IMG/VR virus record: IMGVR_UViG_2636415416_000016
Reading direction: 5' to 3' (one strand)
DNA: 12,489 nucleotides
DNA from: a virus
Lineage: Duplodnaviria; Heunggongvirae; Uroviricota; Caudoviricetes
Part shown: in pieces, positions 1 through 7,159 of the stretch
Layout: each line of letters starts with the position of its first letter
Numbering within the stretch: the stretch's first letter is position 1
Notes under the pieces: model-generated
The model's database searches: none
Seen by the model: the letters and a program-made list of their open reading frames with translations, nothing else
What the model was told of the DNA's origin: nothing
Program-made: the position numbers and the translations under genes

Positions 1-516
1 TTAATTACGTAAGCGTTGATAAAAGAGTCGGATGCAGCCCAGTTTCACCATCGCCAGGTAATTTCTCGCCGTTTTGTCGTAACGCGTGGCGATGCGGCGA
101 TATTCTTTCAGCCGCCCAAAGCACCGTTCAACGACATTACGATTGCAGTACGCATCACGATCAAGCTGTGCACGTCCATCCGATGCCATTTTCTCATTTG
201 ACTTTCGGGGGATTACTGCCTTTATACCGTTATTTTTCAGCTCGTTGCGCAATGCGCGCCCTGAATACGCTTTATCAGCCAGTACCGCATGTCCACGGCG
301 TTTCATGCTGCCGTTCTGACGCTGAACGCCAATCCCGTCCAGAAGTCGTTGCGCGAACTGGCTTTCATGAGCTTGTCCGGGGCTTAGCACGATATTTAAC
401 GGGAGGCCACTTCCGTCTGTTGCCAGATGGATTTTGGTGCCAAAACCGCCGCGAGAGCGACCCAGCCCATTATCTCCGTCGATATCGGGATGTTTTTTTG
501 AGCACCGGCGGCACAT
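1..516 (-). CDS. IS5-family transposase OrfB (DDE catalytic part), probably made as an OrfAB fusion by -1 frameshift
   Basis: 171-codon frame overlapping OrfA by 121 nt in the -1 frame. C-terminal motif NVVERCFGRLKEYRRIATRYDK is typical of IS5-family DDE transposases. Stop TAA at 1-3. Confidence 0.6.
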   Translation of the reverse strand: MCRRCSKKHPDIDGDNGLGRSRGGFGTKIHLATDGSGLPLNIVLSPGQAHESQFAQRLLDGIGVQRQNGSMKRRGHAVLADKAYSGRALRNELKNNGIKAVIPRKSNEKMASDGRAQLDRDAYCNRNVVERCFGRLKEYRRIATRYDKTARNYLAMVKLGCIRLFYQRLRN

Positions 517-764
517 TTCAGCGCCCGGATATTACTGCCATCCAGCGCGGTGGCAGACCAGTCAATAAAGCCGTTTGCATCAAGTAGCGAAAGCAACCTG
601 TTGAAAATAATATTAATCACGCCTGACTTTGACCATCGGTTAAAGCGGTTATAAACAGTTTTCCATGACCCATATCGTTCGGGTAAATCGCGCCATGGTG
701 CACCGGAACATAACACCCAGAACATGCCATTGATGATTTTACGGTGCTCAAGCCCCGGCGACAT
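396..764 (-). CDS. IS5-family transposase OrfA (N-terminal DNA-binding part)
   Basis: ATG at 762-764 with an in-frame TAG directly upstream (768-770). Motif FWVLCSGAPWRDLPERYGSWKTVYNRFNRW is typical of the DUF4096-type N-terminus of IS5-family transposases. The N-terminus looks short compared with family members as I recall them, so the element may be 5'-truncated. Confidence 0.6.
   Translation of the reverse strand: MSPGLEHRKIINGMFWVLCSGAPWRDLPERYGSWKTVYNRFNRWSKSGVINIIFNRLLSLLDANGFIDWSATALDGSNIRALKCAAGAQKNIPISTEIMGWVALAAVLAPKSIWQQTEVASR
492..498 (-). other. candidate -1 programmed ribosomal frameshift heptamer A_AAA_AAC
   Basis: Minus strand reads GGT GCT CAA AAA AAC ATC in the OrfA frame. 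A -1 slip on A AAA AAC gives AAA AAA CAT CCC GAT = KKHPD, which is exactly the OrfB frame. Confidence 0.5.
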
Positions 765-1383
765 TACCTATACCCGGAACAACGGAACCAAGTTGCGCAC
801 CCGCTAAAGCGCCTGATGCCGCCCCACCAATACCACGCGCAAGACTGGATGGCTGCTGCGCCTGACCTGCACGAATGGCGCCAAGCCCCTGCAAGAGTTG
901 CCCGGTATTATTGGCGTAGTTTTGCCCTGCTGTTGCCTGCCCTGATGCCGCATTCATCCCGACATTTAGCAGGTTTCCATAATTTTGCATTTGCCCACTG
1001 AGCCAATTGTTATAAAGCATGGGCGCAATGGAAGATAACTGGTTACTGGTAGCTGTTGAGCCAAGCCCCCCGGTAGCTTCTGCTGAGACAAGGTTCTGAT
1101 AACGGGCCTGATCTGCCTGTGTTTTATATAAACCAGAACCAAAGAAATCATTCGCGGCTTTATTCTGCCCTTCCAGAGTCATCAGTCCTTGCAGTTGTTG
1201 TAAAGCAGGCAATCCGACTTCTGCATACGGCTTGAGATTATTCATCACCGTATTCCACTGCTCGCGCTGCAAATCAATTGCCTGCTGCTGGGCCTTCGCC
1301 TGAGCTTTAGAGGCACCACCATCACCGCCTTTTTCGTATACGGCACGATTGAGATGTTTATGAGCTATATGGGTAATTAACAT
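748..1383 (-). CDS. Gly/Gln/Ala/Asn-rich low-complexity protein with coiled-coil-like N-terminal segment; function unknown; 3' end lies inside the IS fragment (disrupted or chimeric C-terminus)
   Basis: ATG at 1381-1383 overlaps the upstream stop (ATGTTAA, 1377-1383), with AAGGAA about 9 nt upstream. Codon usage is coding-like throughout. The frame runs into IS sequence and ends at TGA 748-750, overlapping the transposase OrfA start. Confidence 0.5.
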   Translation of the reverse strand: MLITHIAHKHLNRAVYEKGGDGGASKAQAKAQQQAIDLQREQWNTVMNNLKPYAEVGLPALQQLQGLMTLEGQNKAANDFFGSGLYKTQADQARYQNLVSAEATGGLGSTATSNQLSSIAPMLYNNWLSGQMQNYGNLLNVGMNAASGQATAGQNYANNTGQLLQGLGAIRAGQAQQPSSLARGIGGAASGALAGAQLGSVVPGIGNVAGA

Positions 1384-1838
1384 TCGCTGAATTCCTTATA
1401 TTGTTGCCGAGTTAACTGATAAAGCGTTACGCCGACGGGTTTACCACATCTGATATAAGCATCATCAAGGTGACCAACACGGGTAGCGCCAAGCAAACGG
1501 ATAATTGCCCGTCCATATTTCGTGGTGTCAGGAACCATAGTGATGCTGTTAAGGAATGGTGAGTTTTCGAGAAGCCATTTGCAGAATAATCGATGCCCTT
1601 GCAGTGCATATTCACCACGGAATCCGGGGTCGTACACCGCATGGCATTCAACAACGCTATGCCAGAAGTTACGCACTTCATGAACGCCAGCCAGCACTAA
1701 TCCTTCGTAGATGCCGAGATATACCGCATCAGGCTTGATGTAGTACGAGTGCCCCGGCTCAACAATATTTTCGGTATTGCCTGGCTCGTTAAGAAAGGCC
1801 TGTAATCGCACAGGGTTATCAATAAATTTTAGTTCCAT
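1377..1838 (-). CDS. hypothetical protein, 153 aa
   Basis: ATG at 1836-1838, 16 nt after the stop of the 53-codon ORF. Stop TAA at 1377-1379 overlaps the next start. No family recognised by eye. Confidence 0.6.
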   Translation of the reverse strand: MELKFIDNPVRLQAFLNEPGNTENIVEPGHSYYIKPDAVYLGIYEGLVLAGVHEVRNFWHSVVECHAVYDPGFRGEYALQGHRLFCKWLLENSPFLNSITMVPDTTKYGRAIIRLLGATRVGHLDDAYIRCGKPVGVTLYQLTRQQYKEFSEC

Positions 1839-1854
1839 GCGATGCCATCCATTT

Positions 1855-2016
1855 TCACATACAGCCTGCCAGCGCCTTATCTATTAACCCTCGTGCAATT
1901 TCATGCAGAGTTGGCGCTACTCCAATTCCTGATTTTTTACGCTGCTCTTCCTGAATTTTCTTTATCGCTTCCATTTGCTTCTCACTTATCAATACCGGCT
2001 TTACTGAAATAGCCAT
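1855..2016 (-). CDS. small hypothetical protein, 53 aa (MAISVKPVLISEKQMEAIKKIQEEQRKKSGIGVAPTLHEIARGLIDKALAGCM); possible small DNA-binding regulator
   Basis: Below the length cutoff of the supplied ORF track. ATG at 2014-2016 is preceded by AAGGGGG (2021-2027) at 4-nt spacing; stop TGA at 1855-1857. AT-rich codons lower confidence. The strand-helix-helix pattern is only weakly ribbon-helix-helix-like. Confidence 0.35.
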   Translation of the reverse strand: MAISVKPVLISEKQMEAIKKIQEEQRKKSGIGVAPTLHEIARGLIDKALAGCM

Positions 2017-2111
2017 AACGCCCCCTTATAACTGTATAAAACAACAGTTATTATAGTTTCACAAATCGCAATATTCATCATCGTAATTGCAGAATATGAA
2101 ACAAATAGCAC

Positions 2112-2142
2112 AAAAAAATGCCACCGCTCAGTAGCTGGTGGC
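2112..2142 (-). terminator. rho-independent terminator for the minus-strand replication operon
   Basis: Minus strand reads GCCACC-A-GCT ACTG AGC-GGTGGC followed by A and TTTTTTT (2112-2118): a GC-rich 9-bp stem with one bulge, a 4-nt loop and a U7 tract. On the plus strand the A-run precedes the hairpin, so it is unidirectional. Confidence 0.5.
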
Positions 2143-2337
2143 GTCGTTCTGTGTGTCAGGTTTTGACAGGTTTTTTATGGACTCTAAAAACTATATTTAT
2201 GGTGTCGCATTACTCTTCACGGCAGGCGCTTTTCAGTTCTGCCCTTGCTTCTGGCTCCATTGGTAATTTGATTCGCGATCAGCTATGCGGATGGTTTGCT
2301 GAACAGGCATAACAACTTCTCAGAGGCTGTTTTTTGA

Positions 2338-2356
2338 ACTACGAAAATTTCGTAGT
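2338..2356. repeat. perfect palindrome ACTACGAAA-A-TTTCGTAGT (operator-like, core TACGA-N5-TCGTA)
   Basis: 9-bp arms around a single central base, read directly from the sequence. Confidence 0.55.
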
Positions 2357-2393
2357 GCTCACTTTCAAAAACGTCACGCCCTTGTACACAGGA

Positions 2394-2414
2394 TTTTACG
2401 AAAGTCTCGTAAAA
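2394..2414. repeat. inverted repeat TTTTACGA-AAGTC-TCGTAAAA (second TACGA-N5-TCGTA site)
   Basis: 8-bp arms with a 5-bp spacer. Shares the TACGA-N5-TCGTA core with the 2338-2356 site, centre to centre about 57 bp apart. Confidence 0.55.
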
Positions 2415-2462
2415 CACTCTCTGATGCCAGCCAGGTGTTGTGCGCATCAATTCAGTCACATT

Positions 2463-2600
2463 GTGTTGGTTCAAAATACCGTGTTGTTGGTTCAGTGTTG
2501 GTTCAAAATACCGTGTTGTTGGTTCAGTGTTGGTTCAATAAAAAGAATAAAATCCTTATAAAACAATACCATTTACAAATTGAACCAACTGAACCAACAC
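2463..2600. repeat. iteron array, candidate replication origin: five direct copies of GTGTTGGTTCA, AT-rich spacer, two inverted copies
   Basis: Direct copies at 2463-2473, 2481-2494, 2495-2505, 2513-2526 and 2527-2537 form a 32-bp unit repeated twice plus a partial copy. A 43-bp spacer of about 80 percent A+T (2538-2580) follows. Inverted copies TGAACCAAC and TGAACCAACAC lie at 2581-2589 and 2590-2600. The array starts 24 bp after the primase stop. Confidence 0.6.
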
Positions 2601-2623
2601 CTTTTCTACGCACATGAAGAAGC

Positions 2624-5383
2624 TCATTCTTCAGATGAGTTATAATCTCCTGGCTGGTAATTGAGTACATAAACGTTTATTTGTCGTCCCTGAATACGTG
2701 GTGATTTTCTTTGGTATCCACGACCGCTGTTTGGTGGGGTTAGCATCCCGGCTTTTTTCAACACTTCAGCAAACTGTTTTGCGTTGAAACCACATGCGAT
2801 CTCCTTTTCAAATGTGGCCGGGAATGTGTAGAAAATCATTGGGCTTTCGTCATGTTCTCCACGCTGACGGTATCCGGCTAAATCTTTGATGGGCAAATCT
2901 GCCGGGCTGTATGGAAATGGTGCAAAACGGCTAAGCCCATAGGCATTAAGAAATGCCTCCGTTTGTTCAATAATCTGCTGATGTTCTTTGTTACCTGTGC
3001 CGAACTCGCGCAACCATGCGTTATAGCTGTGCTGTATCGCATCACGGCATGTCTGAGCATCCCAGCCTGTTACAACCTCGCCTAACAGCAATGCGGCCTC
3101 CAGAATGGCAAATCGCGCGGCTACACGGTGAACCTGCTCACCATAATCGGATGGGATCAGGTTTCTCCATCTGCTTTCGCAATCACGAACGGTTTTAATA
3201 GCCTGTTGCTGGTGGTCTGCCAGCCATTTAATCCACTCACGCCCGGCTGCGCCGTGGTGATGCTGGTAAGCGTCTTTCAGTGCGTCTGCGTGCTGTTTTC
3301 CGTTCTGGTAATCGTGAAAGCGTACTGCTTTACTCAACGGAATATTCAGCAGTCGCACCAGTTGCCCGGCTTTGGTTTTTCGCCCGGAAGTAGCGATAAA
3401 TGTTTCTAAATCCATTTCTCCGGTGCTGATTGCCACTGTACGCCAGCGTTTTAGATCCCGGTTTCCACCATCTTTAGCGCCTTGCAGTTTCCCTACACCG
3501 TTAAATAACGCATAGGCAGACTGTGAAACGCTGACAGGATCAGCGCCCTGACCAACTTCATCAAGCGGCATTAGTCCGTCATTGTGGGCGGCGGCCTCAT
3601 TTGCCAGCCCCAGCGCGGTTCCGTACCACGTCAGCCGCAGTAAATCAGGGTTGCCGTATAAGCTGCTCGCCACGTTTGCCGTGGTGGTCTTACCTGCGCT
3701 CGACTGCTCATAGAAATGAATGCCGAACCCGTCAGCGCCCACCAGCCCAATCAATGGCGCTGCCAGTGCTGCGCCGATCCCGGTCATCATTGAATAGTTA
3801 CCAAAGGCCAGACGCGCCACGTTATCACGCCAGCTTTTCGCGCTCCCTGAGACGGTATATCCGGCTGCGGCTGAGCTTCTCCCGCTGAACAGCACAGGAT
3901 TTTCAGGTGTTCCGATGATTTCCCCATCAGGCATGATGTACGCTCCGCATTGCCAGACAGTGGCATGAGCAACACGCCACAATTCACGAGAGCCACTGCG
4001 TTGTAGCCAGTCTGCCAGTATTGCTCTGAGGCTGCTTTTGGTCGTGACATTTACCCCACCAGCTTTAAGTGTGCGCCATCCTTCACGTTCACCAATATCA
4101 GCCAGTGGAATGGCAGCGGTTGTCGGCGTTTCAGAACCAAACGACAGCCAGCGAAGAATGAGATACTGGTCTTTATCGTCTCTGCCAGTACCGATAACGC
4201 TTAACGGAGAACATAACCAGCTTTCGTTATTGATGATTTCTCCACTCTGGCTGTCAGCTCTCGGAGATACCCAATAAATACCATCCTCGCGGCTTTCTAT
4301 TCTTGGTTTCAGTGGGTCGGTATCCATAACCTTAAAATCGCTTCCCTCAATGGTCTGTGGCTCCTGTTTCACGCCATTACCCTGTGGTTGGTACATTGAC
4401 TTATTGAACGCTTCTGTGGCGCATTTAATGCCGTGTTTTTGGTGGTAATCATTCCAGTCTGCTTTGTGATCTGTCGGGGGTAATGCCACCCATCCAGAAA
4501 CAGATAAAGCTGCTTTTTCTGCTGCTATTCTCCCCGTGTTTTGTCTTCCTTCGCTGTGGTCGTTATCCGCAGCAATGATGATTTGTGCTGAAGGAAATTT
4601 ATCCCGCAGTACCTGGGCGACATATAACAGGTTCCCGGCATCAATCGCCGCCACTGTCAGCGCCTCTGGACGAATTAAATGGGCAGATAATGCCGTTGCC
4701 AGCCCTTCTGCGATTAAGATGCTCTGTGTTGTTTCTGGCGCGTTTATGGCGTGATATGCCCCCCGCTTTGCTGAACCTGTCAGGAGTCTTTTTTCACCAT
4801 GTGATGTAATAGTCTGTGCTGCTGTGACTGCGCCGGATTTATCCACCAGCGCCAGCAACAGAGATCCATCGGGCAACACGGGGAATGTAAAATCACCTAC
4901 CCCTTTCGCAACCAGATAATCAGATTTGCCGTTTACAGCCTTTCTGCGCATGTCATCAAACTGACGGGAAAACGTATCCCGTCTTTGTTGTTCGTCCTTC
5001 TCTGCCCTTTTCAGGCGCTCCTGTTCGCGTCGCTGGCGCTCGGTTTCCAGTTGTTCCCGTTTCTGGCTGGTGGCTTCTGGTGTTTCCGTTGTCCGGTAAT
5101 CAATACCCAGAACATCAGCGGCAAGAAGCGCCGCCTCTGTTGTGTCGCAGTTATTTACGCGTTTAATTAAATCCAGCCCATCACCAGCGCCGCACTGATT
5201 ACAGATGAAGCTACCGCGCCCGTTGTCATCGAACCGGAATCGATCTTTGCCCCCACATGCAGGGCAGGGAGCATGACGGCGCGGAGAGTCAGGGACATTT
5301 ATGTTCAGGCAGCCCAGCACATGAGGCCAGTTGTTTTCAGACGCACTGATAACCTGACGGATAAGATCAATGTTTCGCATCAC
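2624..5383 (-). CDS. replication primase-helicase: N-terminal primase zinc ribbon, TOPRIM domain, C-terminal P-loop NTPase (DUF927-like)
   Basis: 919-codon ORF. N-terminus has CPACGGKDRFRFDDNGRGSFICNQCGAGDG (primase zinc-ribbon signature); central IIIAADNDH is a TOPRIM acidic motif; C-terminal half has Walker A SSAGKTT and Walker B LMPLDEV. Start is GTG 5381-5383 or ATG 5378-5380, overlapping the upstream gene stop. Stop TGA at 2624-2626. Confidence 0.85.
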   Translation of the reverse strand: MMRNIDLIRQVISASENNWPHVLGCLNINVPDSPRRHAPCPACGGKDRFRFDDNGRGSFICNQCGAGDGLDLIKRVNNCDTTEAALLAADVLGIDYRTTETPEATSQKREQLETERQRREQERLKRAEKDEQQRRDTFSRQFDDMRRKAVNGKSDYLVAKGVGDFTFPVLPDGSLLLALVDKSGAVTAAQTITSHGEKRLLTGSAKRGAYHAINAPETTQSILIAEGLATALSAHLIRPEALTVAAIDAGNLLYVAQVLRDKFPSAQIIIAADNDHSEGRQNTGRIAAEKAALSVSGWVALPPTDHKADWNDYHQKHGIKCATEAFNKSMYQPQGNGVKQEPQTIEGSDFKVMDTDPLKPRIESREDGIYWVSPRADSQSGEIINNESWLCSPLSVIGTGRDDKDQYLILRWLSFGSETPTTAAIPLADIGEREGWRTLKAGGVNVTTKSSLRAILADWLQRSGSRELWRVAHATVWQCGAYIMPDGEIIGTPENPVLFSGRSSAAAGYTVSGSAKSWRDNVARLAFGNYSMMTGIGAALAAPLIGLVGADGFGIHFYEQSSAGKTTTANVASSLYGNPDLLRLTWYGTALGLANEAAAHNDGLMPLDEVGQGADPVSVSQSAYALFNGVGKLQGAKDGGNRDLKRWRTVAISTGEMDLETFIATSGRKTKAGQLVRLLNIPLSKAVRFHDYQNGKQHADALKDAYQHHHGAAGREWIKWLADHQQQAIKTVRDCESRWRNLIPSDYGEQVHRVAARFAILEAALLLGEVVTGWDAQTCRDAIQHSYNAWLREFGTGNKEHQQIIEQTEAFLNAYGLSRFAPFPYSPADLPIKDLAGYRQRGEHDESPMIFYTFPATFEKEIACGFNAKQFAEVLKKAGMLTPPNSGRGYQRKSPRIQGRQINVYVLNYQPGDYNSSEE

Positions 5384-5738
5384 CGTACCCCACGTGGTCT
5401 ATAGCGTTTGCGATATGGCTAACCAGCATCTGCCACTTGGTTATTCCGTAATCAGTCAGCATGCCATCATTGTTTAGCCACATATCAAATTCAGCGGTTG
5501 TCGCAAGTTTCCACTTATCGCCGTGGACAGTCCTCATTGCTGGGTACATGAATGCGCAAATCAGATCACAAACATCTGACGGCTTCAGAGATGTAGTAAT
5601 GGTGCGTCCCTCTGGCGTCTGAATTGCCATTTTCTCTTCACCAGTAGAATGAAGGTTATGAATCCACACAGCACCAGCAATCTTTGCCACCTGCTCTCCG
5701 ATTGCGGAGCTAAGCGCCATTTCTGCATTTTCACGCAT
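5367..5738 (-). CDS. hypothetical protein, 123 aa
   Basis: ATG at 5736-5738 preceded by GGGAGGT; 8-nt stop-start overlap ATGCGTGA with the upstream gene. The 3' end overlaps the primase start by 14-17 nt. Confidence 0.6.
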   Translation of the reverse strand: MRENAEMALSSAIGEQVAKIAGAVWIHNLHSTGEEKMAIQTPEGRTITTSLKPSDVCDLICAFMYPAMRTVHGDKWKLATTAEFDMWLNNDGMLTDYGITKWQMLVSHIANAIDHVGYGDAKH

Positions 5739-6072
5739 GAGAACCTCCCGCTACAGTTGCGCCCATGTCATTAACCATGCTTTGCCATATCTCACGCCCG
5801 ACGTCAGTCAATCCGTCCTTAGTGACGCAACGCTCAAGAAGCTCGATCCCCACGGTTTCCCACTGCGGGTAGAACACTTTCATGGCTGCCAGTGTGTAGC
5901 TATCGATCAGGCTGCGAACGCCTTTTACTCCATTAACGATTTCCACACGTACGGCCTCGCCGTCCGCATCAACCATGAAATAGTCCCCGCCGCTGGTGGA
6001 GGTAATGTGGTTATACAGTGCCGACGCATACTTATTTGCCAGCGCATTCAGTCGGAAATTTTTAGTAATCAT
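5731..6072 (-). CDS. hypothetical protein, 113 aa
   Basis: ATG at 6070-6072 with GGAG-containing Shine-Dalgarno sequence; 10-nt gap after the upstream stop. Coding-like composition. Confidence 0.6.
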   Translation of the reverse strand: MITKNFRLNALANKYASALYNHITSTSGGDYFMVDADGEAVRVEIVNGVKGVRSLIDSYTLAAMKVFYPQWETVGIELLERCVTKDGLTDVGREIWQSMVNDMGATVAGGSHA

Positions 6073-6082
6073 GGCTCCATCC

Positions 6083-6685
6083 TCAGTGCGTCACTGGTTC
6101 CGCTGGCATGCCGTTTTCATTCAGTTCAGCTATAAAGCTGTTGTGAAGTTCAGCAAGCGTTTCACGACCAAATGGAGTCAGTGCTCCTTGTTCCACATCC
6201 ATCATGGCTCTGTAGAAAATGATGGCGCGTTCTGTGCCAGACTCGATGCCAAAACGTTCTATCATCGCTCCCTCAATGTTGTTTGCCATAGCGAGGCGCT
6301 CTGCTACTGGATACAGCGGCATGGCGACGATGCCGTTGGAATAAACAGCCACTTCGGAAGGATTGCCAGTATCATCAATGATGCTGACAGTGCCGTTTTC
6401 CTCTCTCATTTCCAGCATGAATACTGTTGCGATCAGCCATCTCCACATAATGACGTTATGCTGTGATGTGTAATCGAAATATCCCTGGTTGCCGCCATCG
6501 GCAATAGCGAGATGTATTGACATACCTTCATCTGGTTTATCGTCATAATCCCCGGCATCCAGACGATTTACGGCATCAATATATGAGACGGCCTCAACGC
6601 GTTCTGTCATGCCATCGTTGCTGCGGTACATGATGTTTACGCCGTCAGGCGTTGCTTCTGTATGGAAAGTTAAGAAATTATTCAT
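6083..6685 (-). CDS. hypothetical protein, 200 aa
   Basis: ATG at 6683-6685 is preferred over the TTG at 6790 used by the ORF track. It overlaps the upstream stop as ATGAATAA and has GAGG about 9 nt upstream. The longer N-terminal extension would overlap the well-formed upstream gene. Confidence 0.55.
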   Translation of the reverse strand: MNNFLTFHTEATPDGVNIMYRSNDGMTERVEAVSYIDAVNRLDAGDYDDKPDEGMSIHLAIADGGNQGYFDYTSQHNVIMWRWLIATVFMLEMREENGTVSIIDDTGNPSEVAVYSNGIVAMPLYPVAERLAMANNIEGAMIERFGIESGTERAIIFYRAMMDVEQGALTPFGRETLAELHNSFIAELNENGMPAEPVTH

Positions 6686-6899
6686 GTTTCGCCTCGCCTG
6701 AATGATTCTGTAACTCATATTTGCCCAACAATTCGTCCGCTTCCTGAATAGCTTCTGGTACGCCATTGAGCAGTGACATAACCGCGCCAATCATTAACTT
6801 GTCTCTGTTGCTGGGGCTGGCCCCTTCAAGCCAGAACCCTAAAACAGTCTGAACCTGTTCGATGCGACATTGCGCTTCAATGAGCTGGATGTTGGTCAT
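6678..6899 (-). CDS. hypothetical small protein, 73 aa
   Basis: ATG at 6897-6899 in an ATGA stop-start overlap with the upstream gene; stop TAA at 6678-6680. Confidence 0.55.
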   Translation of the reverse strand: MTNIQLIEAQCRIEQVQTVLGFWLEGASPSNRDKLMIGAVMSLLNGVPEAIQEADELLGKYELQNHSGEAKHE

Positions 6900-7159
6900 T
6901 TCGCACTCTCCACATCGATTAAACTGATATCTATCAGGGAGGTAACTTTTTGTAGCCAGCTATTGATTACTGTCGCCTGTTCCCCGCCCACCGAGGGAAC
7001 AATCTCATTCATCACATGAACCAGACCTGTGCGCGCTCTGGTAAGCCGTTCAGTCGCGCAATCTGCGGGAGTGAATGTGTCTGGATATGGCTCTTCACGC
7101 CCCAGCAATGATTCAATTTCCAGCTCACACGGATGACGATAAATTAAGTTGATATTCAT
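6896..7159 (-). CDS. hypothetical small protein, 87 aa
   Basis: ATG at 7157-7159 preceded by GGGGGTG; ATGA overlap with the upstream stop. Confidence 0.55.
   Translation of the reverse strand: MNINLIYRHPCELEIESLLGREEPYPDTFTPADCATERLTRARTGLVHVMNEIVPSVGGEQATVINSWLQKVTSLIDISLIDVESAK

Larger units (their letters stand above)
1..770 (-). mobile_element. IS5-family insertion sequence fragment (DUF4096-type N-terminal domain plus DDE transposase); continues beyond window start; inner boundary somewhere in 765-850, not resolvable here
   Basis: Two overlapping minus-strand ORFs with IS5-family transposase motifs and a slippery heptamer in the overlap. No terminal inverted repeat could be identified, and the flanking Gly-rich ORF reads smoothly into this region. 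Confidence 0.6.

Noticed and set aside
2283-2474. 63-codon minus-strand ORF in the ORF track, starting inside the iteron region
   Set aside because: It starts with TTG inside the repeat array with no ribosome-binding site and lies in the untranslated region with the palindromes; most likely a chance open frame.
2463-2600. Tandem 32-bp repeats that could be mistaken for a short CRISPR array
   Set aside because: There are only two full units with no unique spacers between them. The units are built from an 11-bp sub-repeat that also occurs inverted, and they lie directly after a replication gene, so they are origin iterons.
3016-6466. Plus-strand ORFs of 60-156 codons (e.g. 3128-3409, 5737-6135, 5996-6466) and others antisense to minus-strand genes across the window
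   Set aside because: They lie entirely antisense to long, motif-bearing minus-strand genes and have no ribosome-binding sites or recognisable motifs; they are shadow ORFs.
6690-6698. GGCGAGGCG on the minus strand, matching the first 9 nt of the P2/P4 cos sequence
   Set aside because: The match does not continue beyond 9 nt and the sequence sits in the ribosome-binding region of a gene; probably coincidence.
6083-6790. Longer N-terminal extensions given in the ORF track (6790 TTG, 7407 GTG, 8673 start)
   Set aside because: Each extension overlaps the well-formed upstream gene in another frame and uses a weak start. The internal ATG starts have ribosome-binding sites and canonical stop-start overlaps.
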